Positions 27,337 through 36,896 of a DNA stretch of 62,935 nt are shown here, one piece after another (positions within the stretch are counted from its first letter, which is position 1; the number at the start of each line of letters is the position of its first letter). Under the pieces are notes generated by a model. It did no database searches. It was not told where the DNA came from and worked only from the letters and a program-made list of their open reading frames with translations. The stretch is taken from assembly GCA_045403145.1 (NCBI GenBank), contig JAXIPA010000177.1, positions 1 to 62,935 on the forward strand, given 5' to 3'. The position numbers and the translations under genes were made by a program. The stretch comes from Nitrospirota bacterium (GTDB lineage: Bacteria; Nitrospirota; UBA9217).

Positions 27337-28590
27337 ATGCCGCAGGGCGGTTTTGAACACAGAAAGGGTATCTTCATTTTTCTGATCGCGTTGGTGCTGA
27401 TTGCCGCCGCATTCATCGGCGCGGCGACAGGGTTTTTTATCGCCCGGGGCGAAAGCCGCGGCGCGCTGCTTTCTCTTGTGCTCGCGGCGTTCATGCCGCT
27501 CATAGTCTACCAGTTGTATAAGAAATTCATTTTCCCCTCGTACCGTCGTCTGGAGGACGCCAATCTGGAGCTTCATCTTAAACAGGAGGAGCTGCTGGAT
27601 ATCAAGGACGACCTGTTCATCAAGTTTCTCGGCATCTATGATGTCAACTACGCGGCCAATTCTCCGCGGCTGTTCGCACACCGGCTGGTCGATGTCGCCG
27701 ATATCACCACGAGGGTCATGGAGGCCGACGCGTGCCTCATTTTTCTCTACGACAGGGAAAAAGACGAGCTTGCGTTGTCGGCAACCAACGGGGTGCACGA
27801 GGGAGCGGTCGGGAAGGTGCGCATCCCGCTGGGAGAAGGAATAGAAGGGTGGGTCGGCAGGAGACTCGAGCCGGTCATGCTGAAGGATTATCGGGCCGAT
27901 TCCCGGTTTCGGGAGGTCCCGGCGCTCGCTTTTGGCGATTACGTGTCCCTGTACTGCGTCCCGCTTTATGTCTATTCGAACGGGGCGCTCGTCGGAGTCA
28001 TGGAAGTGTTCTACCGGAAGGCGCGGGTATTCTCCGATGAGGAAATCAATTTTTTCACTACCCTCTCCGGCATCCTTTCAACCACGGTCCAGAATGAACA
28101 GATGCAGGCTGAGTTGCGGAAGATGAACTTGGAGCTTGAGCAGTGGGTTGCCGAAAAAACCGAAGAGCTCAGGGCATCGGAAGAGCGCTACCGGACCCTT
28201 GTGGAAAACGCATGCGAGTCGATTTTTATGCTTACTGAAAACGGCGATATAGTCTTCGCCAATGAGCAGGCGGCGAGTCTGACCGGACATGCCAAGTATG
28301 ACCTTCTCCACAAGAACCTGTTCGAGCTCTTTGTCGACCCCGCTGGGCCCCGGCAGCTCCTGGCAGACGTGAAAAAGAGCCGGCAGTCGCTCCGGCAGGG
28401 AGACCTCAAACAGGCAGACGGCAACATCGTCCCCGTTGCGGTGAGCGCCGTCGGGCTTTCTCTCATGGGGAAACGCCTGGTGCAATCCGTTGTCCGGGAT
28501 GTTTCCGCCCACGTTCGTCTTGAGCAGCTTCTCGAGAAAAAGGAACAGGAAGCGGCCGCCCTCAGGGCGCAGTTGGGGCTGAGGCAGTAG
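27337..28590 (+). CDS. membrane-anchored GAF-PAS sensor protein without recognisable output domain
   Basis: ATG preceded by AAGGAGG. It has two TM segments, a GAF-like region (…ACLIFLYDREKDELALSATNG…GEGIEGWV…) and a coiled linker. A PAS-like region follows (…ERYRTLVENACESIFMLTENGDIVFANEQAASLTG…). The protein ends about 25 aa after the PAS region. Confidence 0.65.
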   Translation: MPQGGFEHRKGIFIFLIALVLIAAAFIGAATGFFIARGESRGALLSLVLAAFMPLIVYQLYKKFIFPSYRRLEDANLELHLKQEELLDIKDDLFIKFLGIYDVNYAANSPRLFAHRLVDVADITTRVMEADACLIFLYDREKDELALSATNGVHEGAVGKVRIPLGEGIEGWVGRRLEPVMLKDYRADSRFREVPALAFGDYVSLYCVPLYVYSNGALVGVMEVFYRKARVFSDEEINFFTTLSGILSTTVQNEQMQAELRKMNLELEQWVAEKTEELRASEERYRTLVENACESIFMLTENGDIVFANEQAASLTGHAKYDLLHKNLFELFVDPAGPRQLLADVKKSRQSLRQGDLKQADGNIVPVAVSAVGLSLMGKRLVQSVVRDVSAHVRLEQLLEKKEQEAAALRAQLGLRQ

Positions 28591-28699
28591 GTCCCGTGTT
28601 TCACCATTGTTCTCTCCCGATTTTTACCTTTACAGGAATCGGAACCTGTGGTATAAATTATGCATATGGCGGCCGACCAGGCCGCCATACTCTCTTGTG

Positions 28700-29269
28700 A
28701 TGATGAAGGCGAATAAGACTTTCTTCAAGGCCCTCGCGATATCCTTAATCCTTGGCGCATGCGTCTACGGCGGCTACCTTCTTATGCGGGGAAGGGACAC
28801 TTCCCTGCCGTTGGTGTTGCAGCCTCCCACCGGCGTACGTCTGCTCATGAGTATGGAGGGGTTCAGGTTTGCCCAGTCGGAAAACGGGAGAGTATCCTGG
28901 CGCATGCAGGCGAAAAGTGCCGACCTCTTTGAAAACAAGGAAGCCCAGCTCAAAGAGCTGGAGATCGTTTTCAAAAATCCCGAGAACAGGGAGGCCACGC
29001 TTCTCGGCGACACAGGCACTCTGGATACGGCGAGTGGAAATGCAGCCATCCGCGGCGGTTCGCGGGAGGTCAGGATTGTAACGAGTGACGGGTATCTTTT
29101 AACGACCGATTCGCTGAACTGGAAGGCAGGCGAACGGCTTGTCTGGACATCCGATCCGGTCAAGCTGCTGGGGAAAGAGATTTATCTCGAGGGGGTCGGC
29201 ATCACGGCAAATGTGGATTTACGAACGCTTGTGGTAAAAGACAATGTCAAGGCAGTGCTTCAGGAATAG
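28700..29269 (+). CDS. lptC: LPS export system protein LptC
   Basis: Starts MMKANKTFFKALAISLILGACVYGG (TM anchor), followed by a beta-rich periplasmic domain. Positioned immediately upstream of lptA-lptB. Confidence 0.7.
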   Translation: MMKANKTFFKALAISLILGACVYGGYLLMRGRDTSLPLVLQPPTGVRLLMSMEGFRFAQSENGRVSWRMQAKSADLFENKEAQLKELEIVFKNPENREATLLGDTGTLDTASGNAAIRGGSREVRIVTSDGYLLTTDSLNWKAGERLVWTSDPVKLLGKEIYLEGVGITANVDLRTLVVKDNVKAVLQE

Positions 29270-29762
29270 CCTTCTCATCACGGCGACGGCCGTTCTCATG
29301 ACGGGCGCCCCCGGCGGCGCGCAGCCCGAAAAGGCGGCGCGGGAGGCCATCGAGATCACCTCCAAGCGGATGGAGGCGGACAAACTCGCGGACAAAGTGG
29401 CCTTCACCGGAAGCGTTACGCTTAAAAAGGCCGGAATGACGCTTTCCTCGGACTCGATGATTGTGTATTACGACGCCGGGTCCAAGAACATCAGAAAGAT
29501 CGAGGCGCACGGCAACGTCGTGGTCCAGAAGGAAGGAAGAGTCGCGCGTTCGGACCACGCTTCCTATCTCAGCCGTGAAGAAAAGATCGTTCTGACCGGC
29601 AATGCGCATATCATCGAGAACGAGAACCAGCTCAGCGGCGAGAAAATTACGTTGTTTATGCGCGACGACCGCAGCATCGTGGAGGGCGGAAAAGTTCTGC
29701 TTTATCAGGAAACACAGGAGAAACCGAAGGAGAAACCGGCGGGGGATGGGGAGCGAAAGTAA
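29244..29762 (+). CDS. lptA: LPS transport periplasmic protein LptA (OstA-like)
   Basis: 172 aa with a signal peptide and an OstA-type beta-jellyroll pattern ([11 protein letters not shown]...[11 protein letters not shown]...IEAHGNVVV). Context is lptC-lptA-lptB. Confidence 0.75.
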   Translation: MSRQCFRNSLLITATAVLMTGAPGGAQPEKAAREAIEITSKRMEADKLADKVAFTGSVTLKKAGMTLSSDSMIVYYDAGSKNIRKIEAHGNVVVQKEGRVARSDHASYLSREEKIVLTGNAHIIENENQLSGEKITLFMRDDRSIVEGGKVLLYQETQEKPKEKPAGDGERK

Positions 29763-29776
29763 CCGCAAAGGAACGC

Positions 29777-30499
29777 ATGCAGGCGCTTGAAGCGAAAAGG
29801 CTGGAAAAGGGCTACCGCGGCAGGGCGATCGTCCGGGGGATCAGCCTGCAGGTCAAGTATGGAGAGGTCGTGGGACTGCTCGGCCCGAACGGCGCCGGCA
29901 AGACCACCACGTTCTACATGGTGGTCGGTCTGGTGAGGCCCGACCAGGGAAGGGTGAGCCTTGACGGCACGGACATCACGAAAATGCCGATGTATCAGCG
30001 CGCGAAACACGGCATCGGGTATTTACCGCAGGAACCGTCGGTCTTCAGAAAACTGAGCGTGGCGGACAATCTTATGGCCGTCCTTGAGACCATGAACCTC
30101 TCGGCCGCCGAGCGAAAGGAGCGCCGTGACGGACTGCTCGAAGAACTGGGAATCGCGCACCTCGCCGGAAACATGGCCTATACGTTGTCGGGAGGGGAAC
30201 GCCGCCGCGTCGAGATCGCCCGGGCGCTCACGCTTTCCCCGAAGTTCATTCTCCTGGACGAGCCCTTCGCGGGCATCGACCCGCTCGCGGTGCAGGACAT
30301 TCAGGGGATCATTTCGCTTCTCAAAAGCAAGGGGATCGGCATATTAATCACCGATCACAATGTCCGGGAGACCCTCGCCATTACCGACCGGGCGTACATC
30401 ATCAGCGAAGGAAAGATTATAGAAGCGGGAACCGCATCCGAGATCACCGAGAGTCCGCGGGTCAGGCAGTTTTATCTTGGTGAAACGTTTCGGTTATAA
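29777..30499 (+). CDS. lptB: LPS export ABC transporter ATPase LptB
   Basis: 240 aa. Contains [31 protein letters not shown] and [12 protein letters not shown]. Located directly upstream of rpoN. Confidence 0.92.
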   Translation: MQALEAKRLEKGYRGRAIVRGISLQVKYGEVVGLLGPNGAGKTTTFYMVVGLVRPDQGRVSLDGTDITKMPMYQRAKHGIGYLPQEPSVFRKLSVADNLMAVLETMNLSAAERKERRDGLLEELGIAHLAGNMAYTLSGGERRRVEIARALTLSPKFILLDEPFAGIDPLAVQDIQGIISLLKSKGIGILITDHNVRETLAITDRAYIISEGKIIEAGTASEITESPRVRQFYLGETFRL

Positions 30500-30523
30500 T
30501 TAAAAAAGAGAGGTGAAACAGGG

Positions 30524-30610
30524 ATCAGGAGTCAGAAGTCAGAGTCAGAATTGAGGATGTGAAACCTTCCTGTTTTTTTCTGGCTCCCGGCTGCCGACTT
30601 CTGTCTTCTG
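30524..30610. repeat. heptamer-periodic inverted repeat (GTCAGAR word family)
   Basis: ATCAGGA GTCAGAA GTCAGAG TCAGAAT ... TTTTCTG GCTCCCG GCTGCCG ACTTCTG TCTTCTG. It fills the lptB-rpoN gap. Confidence 0.7.
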
Positions 30611-30621
30611 CACCACGAATT

Positions 30622-32091
30622 ATGGAAGCGCGGCTTGAATTAAAACTGTCACAGAAACTTATCATGACGCCGCAGTTGCAGCAGGCAATCAAACTGCTGC
30701 AGCTGTCGCGGCTTGAGCTGGTCCAGTCGGTCGCGCAGGAGCTCATTGAGAACCCGGTCCTCGAGGAACTGACTCCGGAAACCGCCGAGGAATCCCCGGA
30801 AGGAGAAGATTCCGGGGCCCTCGACACGCCCCAGCCGGCGGAATCCCCTGCGGAGGCGCCGCCGGACCAGGAGCAGGCCCAGGAACTCAAGAGCGACCTG
30901 GAACTCGGTCCCCAGTGGGACGAATATTTGAATGAAATGGGAGACGGGAGGGATTACGGCTCCGCAGAAGCGGACGACAAGGAACTCCCGTCCTACGACC
31001 AGACGTTGACCCGGCTCCCCTCGCTCTCCGATCATCTGCTGTGGCAGCTCCACCTTTCCCTGGCGGCGCCCGACGTCGTCAAGGGAGGAGAGTGGATCAT
31101 CGGCAACCTGGACGATGACGGCTATCTCCGCGCAACGCTTGAGGAGCTTGTCCAGCAATCGAATCTCCCGCTCGCGGTCATGGGCCGCGCGATGGAGCTT
31201 ATCCATACCTTCGACCCCGTGGGGGTGGGAGCGCGCGACCTCAGGGAGTGCCTGCTCATCCAGGTCCGGCAGCTGGATATGGAAGGCACGCTCGTCGAGA
31301 AAATCATCGCCGCCCATCTTCCCGACCTCGAGAAGAGAAAATATGCGAACATAGCCAAGGCCCTGGGCGTCACGCCGCAGGAAGTGATGGAAGCGTCTCA
31401 GGTCATCATTCACGAGCTGGAACCGAAGCCGGGCAGGCCTTATCTCCCCTCCGATACGAACTACGTGGTCCCCGATGTGTATGTCATCAAGGTAGAGGAC
31501 CGGTACGTGATTCAGCTCAATGACGAGGGTCTGCCGAGGGTGCGGATCAACCCCTATTACCGAAAGCTTTTGAGCCGCAAGGAGAGCATCGACAAGGTAA
31601 CGAAGGACTATGTCGAGGAGCGGCTCCGCTCGGCGCAATGGCTCATCAAGGGGATGGAACAGCGGAACAAGACGATATACAAAGTTGCCGAGAGCATCGT
31701 GAAGTTCCAGCGCGATTTTCTGGACCAGGGGATCACCCTTCTGAAGCCGATGGTCCTCAAGGACGTGGCCGAGGACATCAGCATGCACGAGTCGACAATC
31801 AGCCGCGTCACGACGAATAAATACATGCACACCCCGCAGGGGATCTTCCCGATGAAGTATTTCTTCACCACCGGGTTCGCGGCCGGAACGGGGAGCGAGG
31901 TTTCCTCGCTGACCGTCAAAGACGCCATTCAAAAGATGATCAGGGAGGAGGACCCCCTGACGCCGCTCAAGGACCAGCAGATCGTCGATGCCTTGAAAGG
32001 GCGGGGCGTGGACATCGCGCGGAGGACCGTGGCGAAGTACCGGGAGGAGCTCAGGATCCCGCCGACGAGCGTGAGAAAGAGGACAGGGTAA
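30622..32091 (+). CDS. rpoN: RNA polymerase sigma-54 factor
   Basis: Start at MEARLELKLSQKLIMTPQLQQAIKLLQLSRLEL. An acidic region II follows. The C-terminus carries an RpoN-box-like ARRTVAKYREELRIP. Confidence 0.93.
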   Translation: MEARLELKLSQKLIMTPQLQQAIKLLQLSRLELVQSVAQELIENPVLEELTPETAEESPEGEDSGALDTPQPAESPAEAPPDQEQAQELKSDLELGPQWDEYLNEMGDGRDYGSAEADDKELPSYDQTLTRLPSLSDHLLWQLHLSLAAPDVVKGGEWIIGNLDDDGYLRATLEELVQQSNLPLAVMGRAMELIHTFDPVGVGARDLRECLLIQVRQLDMEGTLVEKIIAAHLPDLEKRKYANIAKALGVTPQEVMEASQVIIHELEPKPGRPYLPSDTNYVVPDVYVIKVEDRYVIQLNDEGLPRVRINPYYRKLLSRKESIDKVTKDYVEERLRSAQWLIKGMEQRNKTIYKVAESIVKFQRDFLDQGITLLKPMVLKDVAEDISMHESTISRVTTNKYMHTPQGIFPMKYFFTTGFAAGTGSEVSSLTVKDAIQKMIREEDPLTPLKDQQIVDALKGRGVDIARRTVAKYREELRIPPTSVRKRTG

Positions 32092-32106
32092 ATAAAATCA
32101 AGCACC

Positions 32107-32218
32107 ATATCTCAAATAACAAATCCCAAGTAAATTCCAAAATTCAAACTGCAAATTTCCGGTCATTTGGATTTGGGAATTGGAGCTTACTTGAGATTTG
32201 TTTATTGGGATTTGGAAT
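32107..32218. repeat. heptamer-periodic inverted repeat (CCAAAT/ATTTGG word family)
   Basis: ATATCTC AAATAAC AAATCCC AAGTAAA TTCCAAA ATTCAAA ... ATTTGGA TTTGGGA ATTGGAG CTTACTT GAGATTT GTTTATT GGGATTT GGAAT. It fills the rpoN-hpf gap. Confidence 0.75.
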
Positions 32219-32242
32219 CTGCCTCAAGAGAAGGAGGGCACT

Positions 32243-32776
32243 ATGCAGGTTAGCGTAATCGGAAGACATATCGAGGTGACGGAAGCGCTCAGGCAGTATG
32301 CCACGGAAAAATTCAGCAGGCTGGAACGGTATCTCCCGAAGGGCGTCCAGGCGGTGATTACGCTGTCGGTTGTGAAGAAAGTCCACCATTTTGCGGAAGC
32401 GGTGATCAGGTCGAACGGCGTGCTGATCCAGGCGTCCGAAGAGACGGAGGAAATGTATTCGGCCATCGACCTCCTGATTGAAAAGATCGAGCGGCGGGTC
32501 AGGCGGTACAAGGAAAAGCTGGTGGACCACAAGCACCAGGGCGGGAGGGCGGAAACCGCGGCGAGCGCCCCGGCGTCGCACCCCGAGGACCGCGTCCCGC
32601 AGATCATCAGGACCAAACGGTTTGATCTCAAGCCCATGCTGCCCGAAGAAGCGGTGATGCAGATGGAGCTCCTGGACAAGGAATTCTTCATCTTCTCGAA
32701 CGCCGGCAGCGGCCATGTCAACGTTATCTACAGGCGAAAAGACGGCAACGTCGGGCTCATTGAACCCGCTTTATAA
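32243..32776 (+). CDS. hpf: ribosome hibernation promoting factor, long form
   Basis: ATG after AAGGAGGG. Starts MQVSVIGRHIEVTEALRQYATEKFSRLERY. The C-terminal extension ...PMLPEEAVMQMELLDKEFFIFSN... is typical of long HPF. Confidence 0.9.
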   Translation: MQVSVIGRHIEVTEALRQYATEKFSRLERYLPKGVQAVITLSVVKKVHHFAEAVIRSNGVLIQASEETEEMYSAIDLLIEKIERRVRRYKEKLVDHKHQGGRAETAASAPASHPEDRVPQIIRTKRFDLKPMLPEEAVMQMELLDKEFFIFSNAGSGHVNVIYRRKDGNVGLIEPAL

Positions 32777-32791
32777 GGGCGGGGCGGAGCG

Positions 32792-33283
32792 ATGGTCACG
32801 ATCAGGGATCTGCTTCAGGATGAACTGATAATCGAAGAGATTGCGGCGACCGACAAGATGGGGGTGCTCCGCGAGTTTGCGCGGCTGTTGAGGGCGACCG
32901 GCAGGGTTCAGAAGGAAGAGGAACTCGTCCGCGTTCTGTCCGAGCGGGAGTCCCTCGGCAGCACGGGCATCGGAAACGGCGTCGCCATCCCTCACGGGAA
33001 ATTGCATAATATTCCGGAGATGATCATGGCCTTCGGCAGATCAAGCCGGGGCGTTGAGTATCAGTCGCTCGACGCACAGCCGGTGCATCTCTTTTTTTTG
33101 CTTGTGACGCCTGATGATCAGCCCGGAGATCATCTGAAAGCGCTGGCACGGATATCCCGAATACTTAAAAATCCCGTGCTGCGGGAAGGCCTGATACAGG
33201 CTTCCCAACGGCAGGAGCTTCAGAGGCTGATATACGAAGAAGACGGCAAATATCCCGGGCCGCAGTCCGTAAGCGGGAATTGA
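32792..33283 (+). CDS. ptsN: PTS IIA-like nitrogen regulatory protein PtsN (EIIA-Ntr)
   Basis: 163 aa. RESLGSTGIGNGVAIPHGK contains the phosphorylatable His. Context is rpoN-hpf-ptsN. Confidence 0.88.
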   Translation: MVTIRDLLQDELIIEEIAATDKMGVLREFARLLRATGRVQKEEELVRVLSERESLGSTGIGNGVAIPHGKLHNIPEMIMAFGRSSRGVEYQSLDAQPVHLFFLLVTPDDQPGDHLKALARISRILKNPVLREGLIQASQRQELQRLIYEEDGKYPGPQSVSGN

Positions 33284-34164
33284 AGATCACCGTAAGGGAC
33301 TTGACCGGCGTCGCCCGGGTGCTTGCGGGACGTTTGGGCCTTGGGCGGAAGATCACGTCACCGCAGGTGAGCGCGCCTGAGCTCTCCGCGCCCGCGGTCA
33401 TGCGGTCGCCGGAGTCGCAGGTGCTGCACATTCGTCCGAGCCAGGCGGCGTATCTGTGCTCGCTTCCGCCGAAGGACCGGGGGAAGGTGATTCAGGCTCT
33501 CCTCAGGCACAAGCCGGCGTGCATCGTGGTGAGCGGCGCGACGGTCTGCAAAGAACTCCTCGACAAGGCCGCGGCTTCCAACACCCCCCTTTTGAAATGC
33601 GGCAAACTGTCTGAACTGACCCGCCTGCTGGTCGAGCGGCTGGCGCCGAGGGTAAGCCTCCACGGTGTGCTGGTCCAGATATTCGGACTCGGCGTGCTCA
33701 TCATGGGCGAAAGCGCAGTCGGCAAGAGCGAGGCGGCCCTTGATCTCGTGCTCCGCGGTCACAAACTGACCGCCGATGATCTGGTGCTCCTCGAAAAGAC
33801 CGGCGGCGATATCAGCGGGAGGCCCCCCGAGCTGGGGGCGGACCTGTTGCAGATCCGGGGACTCGGAATCATCAACGTCAAGGCGCTGTACGGCGAATCG
33901 GCCACGGTCGCCTCGTCCCGCGTGGGTCTCGTCGTGGAGCTGGAGGAATGGCAAAAAGGTCATCACTACAGCCTGGTCGGTCTGCGCGAGCGGCGTTATC
34001 GCCTGCTGGGCGTCAATCTGCCCTTCCTGAAATTGCCGGTGAAGCCGGGGCGAAACATGGCAACGCTCATCGAAGTGGCGGCGAGGAACCAGATCCTGAA
34101 AAACCGCGGTGTGTTCACGGCGCGGGACCTGAACAGGCGGCTCCGGAAGAGGCTTACAGAATGA
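33280..34164 (+). CDS. hprK: HPr kinase/phosphorylase
   Basis: 294 aa with a TTG start overlapping the ptsN stop. Contains LHGVLVQIFGLGVLIMGESAVGKSEAALDL (P-loop), LTADD and IRGLGIINV. Confidence 0.88.
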   Translation: MKITVRDLTGVARVLAGRLGLGRKITSPQVSAPELSAPAVMRSPESQVLHIRPSQAAYLCSLPPKDRGKVIQALLRHKPACIVVSGATVCKELLDKAAASNTPLLKCGKLSELTRLLVERLAPRVSLHGVLVQIFGLGVLIMGESAVGKSEAALDLVLRGHKLTADDLVLLEKTGGDISGRPPELGADLLQIRGLGIINVKALYGESATVASSRVGLVVELEEWQKGHHYSLVGLRERRYRLLGVNLPFLKLPVKPGRNMATLIEVAARNQILKNRGVFTARDLNRRLRKRLTE

Positions 34165-35024
34165 ATCGTACGCGCATGGTCGTCGTGACCGGTCTTTCGG
34201 GCTCCGGCAGGAGCGCGGCGCTCAAGGCCTTTGAGGACATCGGGTACTATTGCGTCGACAACCTTCCGCTGGCCCTGCTTTCTTCATTCGTCGAGTTTGC
34301 CCTGCGTTCGGAGGAGGCCTCCCGGTCGGCGATCGGAATCGACATCAGGGAACGAGGGTTCCCCGTCCAGTTTCCGGATTTGTACGGCGAGCTGAAAGCC
34401 GGCGGCCGGCCCATCGAACTGCTGTTCCTGGACGCGACCGACCAGACGATTGTCAGGCGTTTCAGCGAAACACGGAGACCTCACCCCCTGTCACGGGGCA
34501 CAACGCCGCTTCTTGACGGCATCAGGAAGGAGCGGGCGGCGCTCGGAGAGGTCAAAAAACTGGCCGGCAGGATCATCGATACGTCGGACTTCACGGTCCA
34601 TGACCTGCGTCAGGCAATTGAACGGTATTACACGGAAGGCGACGCCGACAGGCCCATGGTCATTACGCTCGTTACCTTCGGATACAAATACGGCGTGCCG
34701 TACGAGCTGGACCTGATGTTCGACCTGAGGTTTTTGCCGAACCCGCATTTCGTTCCCGAGCTGCGGGCGCTTACGGGCGAGGACGCGAGCGTCAGGGAAT
34801 ACATCATGACGCGGCCCGATGCCGGAGAATTTCTCGACCGGCTAACGGGGTTCCTCGCATATCTTCTGCCGCGGTACCGGAGCGAGGGAAAGAGCTATCT
34901 CACCATCGGCTTCGGATGCACGGGCGGCAGGCACCGGTCGGTGGCCCTCGCCGTGATGGTCGCGGAACTTCTCAGGACGAGCGGCTACGATGTGAATATC
35001 AAACATCGGGACATCGGCGTGTAA
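34161..35024 (+). CDS. rapZ: RNase adapter protein RapZ (YhbJ/YvcJ family P-loop NTPase)
   Basis: ATGA overlap with hprK. Starts MNRTRMVVVTGLSGSGRSAALKAFEDIGYYCVDNLP and contains GCTGGRHRSVA near the C-terminus. Confidence 0.9.
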   Translation: MNRTRMVVVTGLSGSGRSAALKAFEDIGYYCVDNLPLALLSSFVEFALRSEEASRSAIGIDIRERGFPVQFPDLYGELKAGGRPIELLFLDATDQTIVRRFSETRRPHPLSRGTTPLLDGIRKERAALGEVKKLAGRIIDTSDFTVHDLRQAIERYYTEGDADRPMVITLVTFGYKYGVPYELDLMFDLRFLPNPHFVPELRALTGEDASVREYIMTRPDAGEFLDRLTGFLAYLLPRYRSEGKSYLTIGFGCTGGRHRSVALAVMVAELLRTSGYDVNIKHRDIGV

Positions 35025-35026
35025 CA

Positions 35027-35125
35027 GATTGCGGAATGCGGATTGCGGAATGAAAATCATGAAAAACCGTCCAGCAGGCCGTTTGATTAGATTTATTCCG
35101 CACTCCGCACTCCGCAATCCGAAAT
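35027..35125. repeat. heptamer-periodic inverted repeat (GCGGAAT word family) with conserved ~50-nt centre
   Basis: The arms are GATTGCG GAATGCG GATTGCG GAATGAA and TTATTCC GCACTCC GCACTCC GCAATCC GAAAT. The centre is GAAAATCATGAAAAACCGTCCAGCAGGCCGTTTGATTAGATTTATTCC. By eye it is roughly 80 percent identical to the centre at 44564..44612. Located in the rapZ-EIIA gap. Confidence 0.8.
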
Positions 35126-35143
35126 AATAAAAGGAGACGTGGC

Positions 35144-35545
35144 ATGATCGGACTTGTTGTGGTGTGTCATGAGGACATGGGCGCCGAACTGGTTAAGGCC
35201 GCGGAGATGATCGTCGGCAAGATCGACGCAGTGGCGGCAGTCAGCGTCAAGCAGGAGAGCGCCCCGGAAATACTCAGGGACGAGCTCCAGGCCGCCATAA
35301 AAAAAGTCGACCGGAAAAAGGGCGTCATGCTGTTTACCGATATGTTCGGCGGCACGCCGTCCAATATCGCCCTTGCCTTCCTCGGAGAGACCGTGGAAGT
35401 AGTGACCGGCGTCAACCTGTCGATGTTGATCAAGTTCGCGAACCACCGGGACGAGAAGCCGCTGTCCGAACTCGCGAGGCTCGTACAGGAGGCCGCGCAG
35501 AAGAGCATCGTGATCGCGAGTCAGATGCTGAAGGGGAAGAAATAA
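35144..35545 (+). CDS. PTS mannose-family EIIA component
   Basis: 133 aa. MIGLVVVCHEDMG contains a His at the position of the phospho-His. Also contains FTDMFGGTPSN. Confidence 0.85.
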   Translation: MIGLVVVCHEDMGAELVKAAEMIVGKIDAVAAVSVKQESAPEILRDELQAAIKKVDRKKGVMLFTDMFGGTPSNIALAFLGETVEVVTGVNLSMLIKFANHRDEKPLSELARLVQEAAQKSIVIASQMLKGKK

Positions 35546-35551
35546 GCCGCT

Positions 35552-36052
35552 ATGATCGTTTTTATCCGGATAGACGACCGGTTGATCCACGGCCAGGTCG
35601 TGGAGGGGTGGGTGAACTTTCTGAAGGCGACCTGCCTCCTCGTCGCGGATGACGCCGTTGCGTCGAGTACGCTTCAGCGCGACATCATGGAATTGTCGGT
35701 TCCCCAGGGGCTGAAGGTATTCATCGGGAAAGTTGAGGAGATCTGCGGGCGGCTGCGCACGGCGACGCTGGAGCCGGAGCGCGCCATTCTGCTGTTCTCC
35801 AATCCCGCCGATGTCCTGCGGGCCCTCAAGGCGGGGATGGACTGCACCGCCCTGAACATCGGAGGGATGCACTATGTGCCGGGAAAACGCAAACTCATGG
35901 ATGTTCTTGCGGTAAACGACTCCGATCTGGAGGCCCTCAGGGCAATAGCAGGCAGGGGGGTTCCTATCAGCATCCAGACAGTGCCGACTCAGCGGCCGAT
36001 TCCTCTTGAAAAGATTCTCACTGCCTGTGCCCTGGTTAAAAGTAAAGAGTAA
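35552..36052 (+). CDS. PTS mannose/sorbose-family EIIB component
   Basis: 166 aa. MIVFIRIDDRLIHGQVV is the EIIB-Man phospho-His motif. Confidence 0.85.
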   Translation: MIVFIRIDDRLIHGQVVEGWVNFLKATCLLVADDAVASSTLQRDIMELSVPQGLKVFIGKVEEICGRLRTATLEPERAILLFSNPADVLRALKAGMDCTALNIGGMHYVPGKRKLMDVLAVNDSDLEALRAIAGRGVPISIQTVPTQRPIPLEKILTACALVKSKE

Positions 36053-36086
36053 ATAAGTAATAGGTGAAAAGTAAAAAGTAATAAGG
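36038..36086. repeat. purine-rich direct heptamer array (AGTAAAR words), no complementary arm
   Basis: AAAAGTA AAGAGTA AATAAGT AATAGGT GAAAAGT AAAAAGT AATAAGG. It overlaps the last codons of EIIB and extends into the EIIB-EIIC gap. Confidence 0.65.
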
Positions 36087-36116
36087 AACAAGCAGCAATT
36101 TAAAAAGGATCATTCA

Positions 36117-36896
36117 ATGCCGGTTTTTGATGCGCACATGGTCCTTGTTGTGCTGGGGGTCGCGGTTGTCGGCGGGGTCCTCGGACTCGACCGGACCGCG
36201 GCAGGTCAATTCATGATCTCCCAGCCCATCGTCGCGGGGCCGGTCACGGGGTGGCTGCTCGGGGACCCTACCGCGGGGATCATTATCGGTTCGGTGCTTG
36301 AACTGGTATGGCTTCTCGATCTGCCGGTGGGCACTTTTGTGCCCGCGGACGCGACTATCGGGACCGTGTCGGCCACTGCGGTCGCAGCGCTGGGGAGTCA
36401 GGCGGACGCGTCGCTCCCGGTCACGGGCTTCAGCATCCTTCTGGCGACCGCGGCTGTGCCGGTGACGATGAAAGCCGATGCCCTGGTCCGGAAATGGAAC
36501 TCCCGGCTGTCCGATGCGGTCCTGACGGCATCAGGGAAGAGCAAGGGCAGCGCCCTGTCCCGGGCGCAGTTTACCGGACTCGCGTTTTTTTTCCTGAAAT
36601 CATTTGTCCTCTGCTGTTTTTTTGTTCCGCTGGGAGTGGCGGCTGCCGGCTTCTTCGCGCGTATGCCCGACGTTTTCCACAGGGCGATGTCACTGTACGT
36701 GAAATTTCTTCCCCTGCTGGGCGTGGCACTGGTGGTCCGCAAACTGTCGATAAAAACAGTTGACGCCTATGTGCTCGCCGGTTTTGTGTCCGCCGCGGTC
36801 TTCGGACGGATATTCCATGCTCCCGCGCTTGCCGTAGTGATGCTGTCGGCGACCGCGGGTTGGTTGGGGGCCGCATACCATGAACGGCGGACGTGA
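36117..36896 (+). CDS. PTS mannose-family EIIC component
   Basis: 259 aa and polytopic. Contains LGLDRTAAGQFMISQPIVAGPVTGWLLGD, typical of IIC-Man. Confidence 0.78.
   Translation: MPVFDAHMVLVVLGVAVVGGVLGLDRTAAGQFMISQPIVAGPVTGWLLGDPTAGIIIGSVLELVWLLDLPVGTFVPADATIGTVSATAVAALGSQADASLPVTGFSILLATAAVPVTMKADALVRKWNSRLSDAVLTASGKSKGSALSRAQFTGLAFFFLKSFVLCCFFVPLGVAAAGFFARMPDVFHRAMSLYVKFLPLLGVALVVRKLSIKTVDAYVLAGFVSAAVFGRIFHAPALAVVMLSATAGWLGAAYHERRT

Noticed and set aside
35093-36091. A 332-aa minus-strand ORF opposite EIIA-Man and EIIB-Man. Similar shadows occur at 38318..39691, 51329..52360 and 30649..31932.
   Set aside because: All lie opposite genes with diagnostic motifs, and all have the R/H/P/G-rich composition of non-coding frames.
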